Source: an uncultured virus (IMG/VR IMGVR_UViG_3300028327_000691)
Lineage: Duplodnaviria > Heunggongvirae > Uroviricota > Caudoviricetes
Direction: 5' to 3' (one strand)
Length of the DNA stretch: 64,000 nucleotides
IMG/VR virus record: IMGVR_UViG_3300028327_000691
Under the pieces are notes generated by a model. The model did no database searches, had not been told where the DNA came from, and saw only the letters and a list, made by a program, of their open reading frames with translations. This document shows positions 10,962-21,504 of the stretch, in pieces; position 1 is the stretch's first letter, and every line of letters begins with the position of its first letter. Position numbers and translations under genes: made by a program.

Positions 10962-12533
10962 ATGTATAAAAAACAGATGTATGGCGTTAAGTTTGTCTGT
11001 ATCCTGATTTTTACCGTATTTACCACTTGCGTCAGCAAACCTGAATCATCCGCCAATAAAAACCTAGATCCGCTTGATGTTGAAATACGTGCGACATCGG
11101 ATTACCTGAACGGCAGATTGGCTAAAGGAATTAAAATCATATTTCTTAATTTTCAGTCGAACTGTCCGGCTGTTTCAGAATACATTATTGACGGACTAAT
11201 CGAAAATACCGTTAATGACGGGATGTTTAAGGCTGTTGACCGGCAAAACCTTACTCTTATTCAACAGGAAATGAATTTTCAGCTTTCCGGCGAAGTAAGC
11301 GATGAGTCGGCTCAGGAAATCGGTAAATTGCTTGGAGCGCAGACCATAGTATCCGGAGCTATCACGCCGATTGGCAGTTCATACCGGCTTAGGGTACGCG
11401 CAATTAGCGTGCAATCCGCTGAGATACAAGGGCAGTTTAACAGGGATATAAATAAAAGCCGCAGGTTAGTCGAATTGCGGGAAAATTGCGGATCAACATT
11501 TGCTCAAACTTCATACCCGACAGGCAATACTCCGGCAAACACCGTTGTTGTTTCTCCCTCTCAACCGGTATCTAGGCCGTCAAATACACAGCCAATAACT
11601 ACCGTCTCTTCCGGTACGGCTGCCATACAGTATGAAAAATTTACCGAATTGCGAAAATTGGAAGTTGATAATATAAATACCGCGCCAAGTCATCCTTTTA
11701 TATTTACCCGAGACGGTAAAGGAATCATAGGTTTTGACAGTAAAAGTAATAGTAATTACATAAGAATATGGAATGTGGAGACGGGTAAAGTCGAAAGAAA
11801 TATTCGCGTGTTTTCCAATTCTGGTATTGTTACTCCAGACCTTATTGCTATTAGCCCTGATGGGACAATGCTTATTACAGCTAGAAATAGTATTGTATGG
11901 CTTTGGGATATAGCTTCAGGCGCGTACCGGGAATGTACAGGGCATACAAAACAAATAAAGGCGCTTGCTTTTAACCCAGATGGGAAATACTTTGTATCAG
12001 CATCCGCGGATAAAACTATTAAAAAATGGAGTGTGGAAACAGGACAGGAAATACAAAGTATTGAATGTGATTTATGGAGCTATGTTGCAATCAGTTCTGA
12101 CGCTCGACAATTAGTTACAGCAGATCCAAATGGAAAAATAATGATATTGGACGCAACCAACGGAAAACCAATACGGCCAATCTCAGGCAGAGTATTTAAA
12201 TTAGAATATTCCCCGGATGGAAGCATGATAGCCGCATTTGGAGATAGGAATGTAATCCGTATTATTGACGCAAAAAACGGACGTGATCTTTTTACATTAG
12301 CCGGGCATGAAGGCTCTTCTAATTTTAATTTATTATTCAGTCCTGACGGAACCAGATTAATATCAAGCAGCCAGGATAATATCATTATCTGGAATTTGTC
12401 AAACGGTTGGGAACTAGGACGTAAAAACGTCCGCTCTGGTTATGGAATAAGCTCATTGGCAATCAGTCCGGATGGAAAATATTTTGCGATTGCCAAGAGA
12501 ACAAACAGTATTGTGATTTGGGGGTTAGAATAA
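10962..12533 (+). CDS. Lipoprotein, CsgG-like domain + WD40 repeats
   Basis: Signal ending FTTC; VDRQNL..QQEMNFQLSGEVSD..IGKLLGAQ; GH..AFNPDG..WD40-type repeats. Confidence 0.85.
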   Translation: MYKKQMYGVKFVCILIFTVFTTCVSKPESSANKNLDPLDVEIRATSDYLNGRLAKGIKIIFLNFQSNCPAVSEYIIDGLIENTVNDGMFKAVDRQNLTLIQQEMNFQLSGEVSDESAQEIGKLLGAQTIVSGAITPIGSSYRLRVRAISVQSAEIQGQFNRDINKSRRLVELRENCGSTFAQTSYPTGNTPANTVVVSPSQPVSRPSNTQPITTVSSGTAAIQYEKFTELRKLEVDNINTAPSHPFIFTRDGKGIIGFDSKSNSNYIRIWNVETGKVERNIRVFSNSGIVTPDLIAISPDGTMLITARNSIVWLWDIASGAYRECTGHTKQIKALAFNPDGKYFVSASADKTIKKWSVETGQEIQSIECDLWSYVAISSDARQLVTADPNGKIMILDATNGKPIRPISGRVFKLEYSPDGSMIAAFGDRNVIRIIDAKNGRDLFTLAGHEGSSNFNLLFSPDGTRLISSSQDNIIIWNLSNGWELGRKNVRSGYGISSLAISPDGKYFAIAKRTNSIVIWGLE

Positions 12534-12586
12534 TTGTATTTCACTCTTTATTATAAAAAAATGAACTTGATATAGATTTTATGTTT

Positions 12587-12751
12587 TTATTTAAATAATC
12601 CGCTCTCGCTTATCAAGCTGTCTAGCTGTTTACCTTCGTTTTCAAGATAAATTAGTTCTTTTGTCATTTTCTCTATTTCGGTATCGATATTTTCTTCATA
12701 ATACTGAATAGAATTATTTTCAAACAATAAATCTAAATTTGATAAACTCAT
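12587..12751 (-). CDS. Small acidic hypothetical protein (54 aa, not in ORF track)
   Basis: ATG with AGGAG RBS on the minus strand; MSLSNLDLLFENN... Confidence 0.4.
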   Translation of the reverse strand: MSLSNLDLLFENNSIQYYEENIDTEIEKMTKELIYLENEGKQLDSLISESGLFK

Positions 12752-12882
12752 ATTCTCCTACTTAAAGTTAATCCAATGTTAATTAAATAAATACACGTAA
12801 CAATGTGAATTTCAAATATATATCATTCCTATGTACAAGCCGCCTGTATGGGCGGTTCATCTTTAATTTTAAGGAGACAGGA

Positions 12883-13302
12883 ATGAACAGTTTAAATTCT
12901 ATTCTTATTGAGGGAAATCTTGTAAGGGACGCTGAAATACGGACAACCCCTAAAGGGACAACAGTTGGTACGTTTCAAATTGCATCTAACCGTTTCTACA
13001 AACAAGATACCGGTATGGAAAAGGAAGTATCATTTTTCAACGTTGAAGCATGGTCAAAACTTGCTGAAAGTGTAAGCAACAAAGGACGAAAAGGCAGGGG
13101 TGTCAGGGTCGTGGGACGCCTTAAACAAGATCGATGGAACGACAAGGGAGGAAAGGCGCAATCAAGAGTAGTTATCGTAGCAGAGCATATTGAGTTCAGA
13201 CCGGAGATCAAGAAAGAAGGTACAGAAACGGAAAACCAAACGGAAGAAAATGATCCGGCTGAATCCCTTGAAGATGTCGAAAATCTTGTTCCTTCTTTCT
13301 AG
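12883..13302 (+). CDS. ssb: Single-stranded DNA-binding protein
   Basis: NSILIEGNLVRD..VVGRLKQDRW, acidic tail ending PSF; AAGGAG RBS before ATG 12883. Confidence 0.95.
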   Translation: MNSLNSILIEGNLVRDAEIRTTPKGTTVGTFQIASNRFYKQDTGMEKEVSFFNVEAWSKLAESVSNKGRKGRGVRVVGRLKQDRWNDKGGKAQSRVVIVAEHIEFRPEIKKEGTETENQTEENDPAESLEDVENLVPSF

Positions 13303-13382
13303 TGAAATCTTATGTCACATAATATTAGGTCTTATTTACAGAGCCGCCTTTATGGGCGGCTTTATTCTTTATGGAGGTTTAT

Positions 13383-13589
13383 ATGCAAGGTTTACTTGTG
13401 AACTTTAAGCAAAGCGGAATTAATACTGCACATAGCCTTAAAAATAAAAAGGCGTTAGCGGCAATTATACCGAGTGTGAAAATCAGAAGATCAGTTTACG
13501 ACAGTCTTGATGATTTTTTAAATAAAGTACCAATTGCCACAATGAATGAGTACGGCAATCGAGTTATCAGCGGAACTCGTATCTGCTGA
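13383..13589 (+). CDS. Small hypothetical protein
   Basis: GGAGG RBS after a hairpin. Confidence 0.5.
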   Translation: MQGLLVNFKQSGINTAHSLKNKKALAAIIPSVKIRRSVYDSLDDFLNKVPIATMNEYGNRVISGTRIC

Positions 13590-13645
13590 TACACATATAA
13601 AAGCCGTTCCAAACAGAACGGCTCATTATTTTTAGGAGGTACGAG

Positions 13646-13822
13646 ATGCCTAATCAATGCTGTAAAATCTTGACTGTTGCAGAGGAAATGTTGAAAAAAA
13701 TCACAGAGAGATACATCTGGAAGGATAAAAACAGACTGGAAAAATACGAATCTGACAATACTTTTCAAAGCAATGGCAACAAAAACAAACAAGATGACAG
13801 CTCAAAAAAGGAACGGAGGTAA
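13646..13822 (+). CDS. Small ORF (58 aa); MPNxC start resembles the YubB/DUF1281 N-terminus, possible remnant
   Basis: AGGAGG RBS; MPNQCCKILTV. Confidence 0.4.
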   Translation: MPNQCCKILTVAEEMLKKITERYIWKDKNRLEKYESDNTFQSNGNKNKQDDSSKKERR

Positions 13823-13827
13823 AAAAA

Positions 13828-15825
13828 ATGCAAATAAAAATAATCGACAAAATCAGAGAATTGACAGCCAAGCTTAACAAATGGCGGCATGAGTATTACA
13901 ATTTAAACGCCCCTGTTGTTTCAGACGCTGTATATGACCGACACTTTGACGAACTTAAACGGCTGGAAATAAATAGCGGCATAACTATGAGCGATTCTCC
14001 CACACAGACAGTCGGCTATAAAACAGTTAAAGGTTTAGAAAAAACCATCCACAATATTCCTCTGCTCTCGCTGGATAAAACCAAACAAACAATCGATCTT
14101 ATGCGTTTTATTGGTTCTCATAATGTACTGCTTATGCACAAACTGGACGGCTTAACGGTGAAGCTTGAGTATGAAATGGGCTCTCTTATTAAGGCGTCAA
14201 CACGAGGGGACGGCGAGGAGGGAGAAATTGTTACACACAATGCCAGCGTTATTGAGGGCATCCCAGCGCAAATACCCTATCAGTCAAGATTGGTTGTCGT
14301 AGGTGAAACCTACATTCAAAAAAATAAATTTGACAAATTGAGAAAAACTTTGAAGGACAGTGCGGGAAATCCATACAAAAACGCGCGCAACATGGCGGCA
14401 GGTTCAATTCGTTGTAATAACGCGGCTTCTTGTGCCGGTCGCGGATTGATGTTTTCACCATTTGCAGTGATTGAAGGGTTGGATGAGGATTCTAAGATAA
14501 ATGTAAATAAATCATTGAAACTGGCAGAGCTTAAACAATTGGGATTTTCTCCATGCGAATTCATATTAATAAAGAGTAAGCCGACTGAACTGGAAATCAT
14601 CAACAGCATTTCAAAATTACGGACCATTGCTGATGATAAGGGATTACCAATTGACGGTATTGTAGTTTCCTATAACGACATCCTCTATTCCCTATCCTGC
14701 GGACGAACGGGACACCATTACAAGGACGCTTTAGCTTACAAGTTCGAGGATGACTTACATGAAACCGTTCTTCGGGAAATTGAATGGACACCGTCCCGTT
14801 CAGGCGAATTATCCCCTGTTGCCCTATTCGACACCGTGGAAATAGACGGTTGCGAAGTATCAAGAGCAAGCCTGCACAACCTGACATTTATCAAGGGATT
14901 GGAACTTATGCCGGGCTGTCGAATCCTTGTGAGCAAACGGAACATGATCATCCCCCATGTTGAGGAAAATCTTGATAGGGGACACTTCAAGGAGAAAAAT
15001 GTCATTCCCAAACAGTGCCCTTGTTGCGGACAGCCGACACGGATACAAGAGAACAATAAAACCAAAGTACTCCGATGCGACAATATAAAATGCGTTATAC
15101 AAAACCTCCGTAAGTTTGTTCATTTTGTGGGGGAAAAAGCTATGGATATTGAAGGTTTATCAGAAGCTACGCTGGAAAAATTCATCGGCAGAGGTTGGCT
15201 TCGTGATTTTACCGACATTTACCGGCTGGACGAACACGCTAAGGAGATTGTCAACATGGAAGGTTTCGGTGAAAAGTCATGGCGGCGTTTATGGGAATCA
15301 ATCCAAAGAAGCCGCCGGACTACATTTGAACGCTATGTAGTTGCGATGGATATTCCTATGGTCGGGAGGACAGCAAGTAAGGAACTATACAGATATTTCA
15401 ACGGTAGCCTGAACGCTTTTGAAACAGCCGCATATAATGGGTTTGATTTCACCGAATTAAACAATTTTGGTGCGGTTTTGTACCGCAACATTCGTAATTG
15501 GTTCAAAGTAAAAGAGAATCAATGTCTATGGAAGGAGTTACAAACGATGCTTACTATTAACAAGAAAAGCGCAGGCAAAGAGAACAAAGAAAGTATCTTT
15601 GCAGGGCGTACAATCGTGGTCACGGGAAAACTCGAATATTTTACCCGCGATTCCATTAACGCGAAGATTGAATCTTTGGGAGCCAAAGCAGGAAGTTCGG
15701 TGTCAACTAATACCGATTATCTTATCTGCGGCGAAAAAGCGGGAAGCAAACTCAGTAAAGCAAGGGCTTTAGGCATTACAGTATTAAACGAACAGCAGTT
15801 TCTCGACATGGCAAAGAGCGCGTAA
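13828..15825 (+). CDS. ligA: NAD-dependent DNA ligase
   Basis: KLDG adenylation motif, TRGDG, LAYKF, CPCC Zn finger, HhH repeats, BRCT. Confidence 0.97.
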   Translation: MQIKIIDKIRELTAKLNKWRHEYYNLNAPVVSDAVYDRHFDELKRLEINSGITMSDSPTQTVGYKTVKGLEKTIHNIPLLSLDKTKQTIDLMRFIGSHNVLLMHKLDGLTVKLEYEMGSLIKASTRGDGEEGEIVTHNASVIEGIPAQIPYQSRLVVVGETYIQKNKFDKLRKTLKDSAGNPYKNARNMAAGSIRCNNAASCAGRGLMFSPFAVIEGLDEDSKINVNKSLKLAELKQLGFSPCEFILIKSKPTELEIINSISKLRTIADDKGLPIDGIVVSYNDILYSLSCGRTGHHYKDALAYKFEDDLHETVLREIEWTPSRSGELSPVALFDTVEIDGCEVSRASLHNLTFIKGLELMPGCRILVSKRNMIIPHVEENLDRGHFKEKNVIPKQCPCCGQPTRIQENNKTKVLRCDNIKCVIQNLRKFVHFVGEKAMDIEGLSEATLEKFIGRGWLRDFTDIYRLDEHAKEIVNMEGFGEKSWRRLWESIQRSRRTTFERYVVAMDIPMVGRTASKELYRYFNGSLNAFETAAYNGFDFTELNNFGAVLYRNIRNWFKVKENQCLWKELQTMLTINKKSAGKENKESIFAGRTIVVTGKLEYFTRDSINAKIESLGAKAGSSVSTNTDYLICGEKAGSKLSKARALGITVLNEQQFLDMAKSA

Positions 15826-15897
15826 TACACAAAGACAAAAAGGCTATGCGGTAAGTCACATTTCAACCGTATAGCCGTTTTTTATGGAGGTAACAAT

Positions 15898-16125
15898 ATG
15901 CGAGTAACAGCTTATATTAATAGCCTGAAAGACAAGAAAAATAACCGCCATGTATTAGGCGAAGCTGAAATTATCAAAAGCATTGGCGACAATCTGTATC
16001 TTGCCGAATATAACGGCGTTAAATGTACGGCGATTTTTAATTTATTCACAGGCTACTACTACGTTGATGACGTATATGGGGTAATTAAGGAGGGACCATC
16101 TCATGACGTATCAAATCATCTCTAA
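15898..16125 (+). CDS. Small hypothetical protein
   Basis: GGAGG RBS; CTAIFN..YYVDDVYG. Confidence 0.7.
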   Translation: MRVTAYINSLKDKKNNRHVLGEAEIIKSIGDNLYLAEYNGVKCTAIFNLFTGYYYVDDVYGVIKEGPSHDVSNHL

Positions 16126-16522
16126 ACGCAAACTAAAGCGCAATGTAAAAATAGGAAACCCAGCAGAAGCGTACGGTGTTGTTAAAAGATATGCCGGAGC
16201 GAAGCAGGAATATTTTATTCTGCTTACCTTGAACAACGCCAATAACGTCATTTCGTTATCCATCGTCACTATTGGATTGGTAAATAAAACGATTATTCAT
16301 TCGAGGGAAGTATTTAGCAGAGCAATAAGCGATAACGCTACGACGATCATTATTTGCCATAACCACCCTTCCGGCGAGTTAATGCCTTCCGATGAAGACA
16401 AGCAGGTTACCAATGATATTTACTTTACCGGAAAGATAATAGGGATACCGCTTGTTGACCATATCATTATCTCCAAAAGAGGTTATACAAGCCTGAAAGA
16501 AATAGGCTTTTTCCCAATATAA
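16103..16522 (+). CDS. radC: RadC-like JAB domain protein
   Basis: HSREVF..HNHPSG..PS..D..LVDHII. Confidence 0.92.
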   Translation: MTYQIISKRKLKRNVKIGNPAEAYGVVKRYAGAKQEYFILLTLNNANNVISLSIVTIGLVNKTIIHSREVFSRAISDNATTIIICHNHPSGELMPSDEDKQVTNDIYFTGKIIGIPLVDHIIISKRGYTSLKEIGFFPI

Positions 16523-16563
16523 AAACCGCTAACGGCGGCTTAAATAAATATACGGAGGTTTAT

Positions 16564-17514
16564 ATGCACGGAATATTTGAAAACGATTTTATGTTTTCAG
16601 GCCGGGGTGAAGTTCCCTGGCACGGCATCGGCGCGGTACTGGACGGAGTACTGACATCCGATGAAGCAATCAAACAAGCCCGTCTGACATGGACCGTTGA
16701 ACAGACGCCGGTATACGCCGCTACGAATCGGGCTGTGGCTATTCCCGGCTATGTCGCCAATGTACGCAACGACACAAAAGAAGTGTTAGGAATAGTTTCC
16801 GAAAGGTACAAAGTCGCCCAAAACAAAGAGGTGTTCGCGTTTGCAGACGAGCTAATCGGCAACAGGAAAGTGAAATGCACTTACGAGACAGCCGGCTCTT
16901 TATTTAACGGAAGAAGGGTGTTTATGTTGGTTAATATGCCTAAAAGCAGAATCGTTGAGGACGAATACCAACCCTATCTGTGCCTTTCAAACGCTCATGA
17001 CGGGTCAGCCTGCCTGCAAGTCTTTTTAACAGGGATTCGGGTAGTATGCAATAACACCCTCACGGCAGCCCTGAACACGGCGAAACGGAAAATATCAATA
17101 CGCCATCTTTCCATAATGGAACAAAGGAAAAACGAAGCGTTAAAAACAATGGGCGCTGCTTCAAAATACTTCCATGATTTAGAAGTTTTCGCTTCACAGC
17201 TTGCCGGAAAGAAAGTCAACATCAGCAAGGTTTTGGATCGGCTTTTCCCTGTGTCAAGGGAAATGTCAAGAAGGCAGATTGAGTCTAACCGCGAAATAAA
17301 GGATCTCATTAAAAATCTGCTCAAACGGAAAGATGATTTGCAAAACTTCAAAGGCACTGCATGGGGCGCATACAACGCCATCGCCGACTACCGATCAAAC
17401 GCCCAGCCCAAACGGAAGACAGATACCTATGCGGACAGCAAAATGGCTATGTTCCTTGACGGCGATGCGGTAATGAATCAGGCGCAGGAAATTATTCTGG
17501 AAATGGCGGCTTAA
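16564..17514 (+). CDS. DUF932/DUF945 phage/plasmid protein
   Basis: PWHGIG, YETAGSL, NAHDGS, IRVVCNNTL, GTAWGAYNA. Confidence 0.9.
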   Translation: MHGIFENDFMFSGRGEVPWHGIGAVLDGVLTSDEAIKQARLTWTVEQTPVYAATNRAVAIPGYVANVRNDTKEVLGIVSERYKVAQNKEVFAFADELIGNRKVKCTYETAGSLFNGRRVFMLVNMPKSRIVEDEYQPYLCLSNAHDGSACLQVFLTGIRVVCNNTLTAALNTAKRKISIRHLSIMEQRKNEALKTMGAASKYFHDLEVFASQLAGKKVNISKVLDRLFPVSREMSRRQIESNREIKDLIKNLLKRKDDLQNFKGTAWGAYNAIADYRSNAQPKRKTDTYADSKMAMFLDGDAVMNQAQEIILEMAA

Positions 17515-17588
17515 TAGCGCATAATACCATCACCATCTCTAAAAGCCGCTCCGTATGGGGCGGCTTATTTTTATGTAAGGAGGCGGAC

Positions 17589-18080
17589 GTGTCAAGAAGT
17601 TATAGTAAAACTCTCCCGGGAGGAACTACTTTCAGGCGTAAAAAAAATAAAAGATTCCGGGCACGTTGCCGTGTATGTATTCGTAAAGAAACGATTAATC
17701 CGGAGTTTGGAGAAACGGTATTCCCTCATTACAAAAAGTTTTTTGTATCATTCGGCGGCAAAGACTATGTTTTCAAAAACGACATACGTCAAGAATTTAA
17801 CCTCGAAATAAGCCAAATTATTAACGGATATAGTTGCAAACACTTCGGCAGAGACGCTCCCAAAATGGATAAATGTTTTATTGAAACTGTTAATGAAATC
17901 AAAGGCGTTATTCCCGAAAAAAGAAAAGCTTACCGGTTTGAATGGCTTGACGGCAGAAAAACAAAGAGAGCCATTAAAGCATGGCGTGGAAATCCGTTTG
18001 ATGTAATCAGTTATTTAACCCGCCACGGCTTAATTGAACAGGAGATACGTCGCAGACTTAAAATGAGAACGGGGAAATAG
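17589..18080 (+). CDS. Basic hypothetical protein (MSRSY start)
   Basis: GTG start with AGGAGG RBS; N-terminus resembles 38327. Confidence 0.65.
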   Translation: MSRSYSKTLPGGTTFRRKKNKRFRARCRVCIRKETINPEFGETVFPHYKKFFVSFGGKDYVFKNDIRQEFNLEISQIINGYSCKHFGRDAPKMDKCFIETVNEIKGVIPEKRKAYRFEWLDGRKTKRAIKAWRGNPFDVISYLTRHGLIEQEIRRRLKMRTGK

Positions 18081-18088
18081 GAGCAGTT

Positions 18089-19381
18089 ATGAATCAACAG
18101 GAATATTTAGAAAGAATCCGTAAGCGCGAACTGAGAACGGCATACCGTGAAAAACGTCTGGACTATGAACAAGGAAAACGCGAATGCAAACAGGAGAAGA
18201 AGGCAAATCAAAAACGAGTTAACGATGCGGTCCCCGGAGTATTTCAAGAAGATAATAAGAAAGCTGGCAAACCTGAGAAAAAGCCCGGAGCAGAAACATT
18301 TATTAACTTGTATTCATACATCGCACCGACCGCATTTGATAAAAGGGATTTAATTCCTTCAAACTGGAAGCCCGGTTCGTTTAACGTGCGGAAACAGAAT
18401 TTTGAATTCTTAAAAAGTTTTGTCTACCCATACTCCCTGCCGGAAACATTGGTCTGGGCAACGCACACCCCGGAATATATCCGTGATGACGAAGGAAACT
18501 GGGATAGAAACGCTTATTGCGGTTTGATACGGCTGGCGAAGAAATGGATAAACGACATAGCCTGCGGAGGATCATTTTACAATAGGAACACGAAAATTTT
18601 CACCAGAGCGGAAGCGCATTACTTTCTATGCTCGAAAATGCCTTACGAGGATTGCAGTTCGGTAATCAAACTGTATTTCTACGCTAAATGCAGGGCAAGG
18701 GCTATGAACCCCAAATTGAGCATGATTATTGCGGACGTGTTCCATGTGAAGTTTTTAACTTGTTTCAAAAACAGGCTTGTTGAAAGCTTTCTTGATTTGC
18801 TTGCAAGAACGTCTGAGTATCGGTATGACCGGGGGACGATCGGAGACATCTGCGATTTTGTTCTCGAAAAAATACGGGGACGGAAAAATGGTTCTTTCTC
18901 CTTTAGCGGACGGACAATTTACAGCGTCATAAAGCTTTGCAACGAATGGCACGAACAGGTCAGGAGAGAAGCGGAACAGGCGCGAAAAACGGCCGCTAAG
19001 CCAAACGGAAAGCCCGGCGGTATTCCGCGCTGGAGAGGATTGGGGATAAGCCGTTTCAGGCACGAAACGGAAGAATGCGTTTGGGTTATAACAGAACTTA
19101 CGTCGGATCAGGATTTGGTAAATGAAGGGCGCAAAATGAAGAACTGTGTTGGAAGTTATTCGGATAAATGCGCTTCCGGTTACTCTGCCGTTTTCTCGGT
19201 CGGGCGAATCAATAAAATGAATCAGCTTATTGAAAATGCCGCTACGTTGGAAGTCAATGTTTCAAACCGTACGTTAATTCAAGCGAAAGGGAAATGCAAC
19301 TCCGCGCTGACGGACAAAACCATGAGCGTTATTTCTCGATGGGCTGTAAGTAACAGGATTATGGTTCGGTTGTTGGTGTAA
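18089..19381 (+). CDS. PcfJ-like domain protein (copy 1)
   Basis: EWH..ELTS..DLVNEGRKMKNCVGSY..TLEV..QAKGKCN. Confidence 0.85.
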   Translation: MNQQEYLERIRKRELRTAYREKRLDYEQGKRECKQEKKANQKRVNDAVPGVFQEDNKKAGKPEKKPGAETFINLYSYIAPTAFDKRDLIPSNWKPGSFNVRKQNFEFLKSFVYPYSLPETLVWATHTPEYIRDDEGNWDRNAYCGLIRLAKKWINDIACGGSFYNRNTKIFTRAEAHYFLCSKMPYEDCSSVIKLYFYAKCRARAMNPKLSMIIADVFHVKFLTCFKNRLVESFLDLLARTSEYRYDRGTIGDICDFVLEKIRGRKNGSFSFSGRTIYSVIKLCNEWHEQVRREAEQARKTAAKPNGKPGGIPRWRGLGISRFRHETEECVWVITELTSDQDLVNEGRKMKNCVGSYSDKCASGYSAVFSVGRINKMNQLIENAATLEVNVSNRTLIQAKGKCNSALTDKTMSVISRWAVSNRIMVRLLV

Positions 19382-19440
19382 TCAATTCCATAAAGCCGCC
19401 CTGTATTGGGTGGCTATTTTCATTTACAAGGAAAAGGTCT

Positions 19441-20544
19441 ATGAAGAATATTATTGTTAAAGACGAGAGAAACTATCAGGTGATCGCTGGAAACGCGATT
19501 TCTGTGCTGGATGTTCTCCCCCCTTCAATCTATGAAGTTTATTACCAGCGTGATGAAGGATTCAGCCTGAATGAAACTGCTCAAGCTTTCAATGCAGTAC
19601 GTAAATTATACGGTGAGGTTGAATACATAACAAGCAAGGTTTTAAGCACCTTTGAAAAATTTGAAGGGAATCTTGGGGTCTTGTTTACAGGTCCAAAAGG
19701 GGTAGGAAAAAGCCTGACGGTAAGGAATATCTGCAAGGAAGCCATTAAAAATGGGCTACCGGTAATACTGGTAAAAAAATATTTCGGAAACATCAGCCAA
19801 TTCATTGAAACTATTTATCAGCCCTGCGTTGTTGTCTTTGACGAATTTGAAAAAATATATCCCGATAAAAGACAAAAAGACCATGATGACTTTGAAGGGC
19901 AGGAAAGTTTCTTGAATTTATTCGATTCGTCGCTTGCGGGGAAGAAGCTGTTTCTACTGACTTGCAATGACCTGCGTGATATGTCGGAATTTTTGTTGAA
20001 CCGGCCGGGAAGAATTCATTACCATTTTAAGTACCGCAGCCTTACAGTCGAAGAAATATCAGGGTACTGCGCGGATAATCTCGTTAAAGAAAAGCACGGC
20101 CTTATCCCCGATATATGTGCGTCTGGAGCGCGTATCTCTAACTTCTCCTACGATATGCTCAGGTCGATTGTATTCGAGCTAAACAATTATGATTTCAGCC
20201 TTGCCGAAGCGCAGAACACCTTAAACTTAAGTGCAAGGGAGAAATCAGCATTTAATTACCTAATTTACCTCAAATCCGGCGAAACCGTAAAGGAAGACGG
20301 CTTTTTAGATTTTTCGATGCCGTATCTTTATCTTGGATGGAGTAAGAACCCCGGCGGCAAACAGTATTCTTCAATTGTGAATACTACGGGGGCGCAATGG
20401 ACGGGAGATGCCGACGGTTCGCTTGCAGTGGTTGGAGAATTCATATTAAAACCGGAAGATAAAGACGAAGACGGCGGCGAAATTGAAAAGATTGTTTTTA
20501 CTCCGATTAAAGAAGACTTCAGAGTCAGACGTTACGATTACTGA
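19441..20544 (+). CDS. AAA+ ATPase
   Basis: GPKGVGKS, VFDEFEK, NRPGRIHY. Confidence 0.9.
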   Translation: MKNIIVKDERNYQVIAGNAISVLDVLPPSIYEVYYQRDEGFSLNETAQAFNAVRKLYGEVEYITSKVLSTFEKFEGNLGVLFTGPKGVGKSLTVRNICKEAIKNGLPVILVKKYFGNISQFIETIYQPCVVVFDEFEKIYPDKRQKDHDDFEGQESFLNLFDSSLAGKKLFLLTCNDLRDMSEFLLNRPGRIHYHFKYRSLTVEEISGYCADNLVKEKHGLIPDICASGARISNFSYDMLRSIVFELNNYDFSLAEAQNTLNLSAREKSAFNYLIYLKSGETVKEDGFLDFSMPYLYLGWSKNPGGKQYSSIVNTTGAQWTGDADGSLAVVGEFILKPEDKDEDGGEIEKIVFTPIKEDFRVRRYDY

Positions 20545-20601
20545 TCGGTTGTTAAGCCGCCTTTTCAGGCGGCTTTATATTATCAGCCAAAGGAGGCAGT
20601 T

Positions 20602-21495
20602 ATGATCATTACAAACAAGTTAAATCTTCCTGAAGGGTTTGTAAAAGCGGTTTCCATTGAGAAACACAATGCGCAGGGTTCCTTGTCTGCAACAACTTTA
20701 ATACAGGGGGTAAAACAGATTATCCTTACAGATCGCCATTGGGACAAGCTGGAGGATGACGTGTCCAATCGTATATGGGCGATATTCGGAACGGCAGTAC
20801 ACTCACTCATGGAAAGCGAAGGCGAGAACAATTTTATCGAACAAGAAATGGATTACAAAATAGGAGATATAACCGTTACCGGAAAAATTGACAGCTACGA
20901 CATGAAACACGGTTTAATTGACGATTACAAAACAGCGTCTGTAGTAAAGGTCAAGTTCAGTGATTTTTCCGATTGGTATAAGCAAGGTATGATATACGCG
21001 TGGCTTCTGCGAAAAAACGGCTTCAAAGCTGAGCGTTGCCGGTTTATTGCAATGCTTAAAGACCACAGTAAAACCGATGCGTTACGCGACAGCCAATACC
21101 CAAAAGACCCGGTATACATCTATAAATTTTCGGTAACATCGCAAGAGTTATTCAAAATCGGAATATACATCAAGAACAAGGTTGATGAATACCAACGCTG
21201 TCTTTTACTTCACGATAACGATATACCCCCATGTACGCCTGAAGAACGGTGGGAGAAGCCGCCAAAGTTTGCCGTTATGAAAAACGGTCTTAAAAGGGCT
21301 GTCCGTCTCTTTGACAGACGTGGTGACGCTGATCTTCTTGTTGAAACAAAAGGCACAGGGCATTATGTCGAATGTCGTCCGGGTGAATCTGTAAGATGCC
21401 GCTCCTACTGTTTATGCAAGCGTTTCTGTAATTACTATCAGGAATCAGTTTTATCCTCGTATCAAGAACTAGTTGACGAGCCGGTTGCGGCATAA
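20602..21495 (+). CDS. PD-(D/E)xK (RecB/Cas4-like) exonuclease
   Basis: GTAVH, GKID..DYKT, C-terminal Cys cluster CRSYCLCKRFC. Confidence 0.8.
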   Translation: MIITNKLNLPEGFVKAVSIEKHNAQGSLSATTLIQGVKQIILTDRHWDKLEDDVSNRIWAIFGTAVHSLMESEGENNFIEQEMDYKIGDITVTGKIDSYDMKHGLIDDYKTASVVKVKFSDFSDWYKQGMIYAWLLRKNGFKAERCRFIAMLKDHSKTDALRDSQYPKDPVYIYKFSVTSQELFKIGIYIKNKVDEYQRCLLLHDNDIPPCTPEERWEKPPKFAVMKNGLKRAVRLFDRRGDADLLVETKGTGHYVECRPGESVRCRSYCLCKRFCNYYQESVLSSYQELVDEPVAA

Positions 21496-21504
21496 GGAGG
21501 AAAA

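Noticed and set aside
20602..21495. CRISPR-associated Cas4
   Set aside because: No cas1/cas2 or array; context next to Sak4 fits a recombination exonuclease
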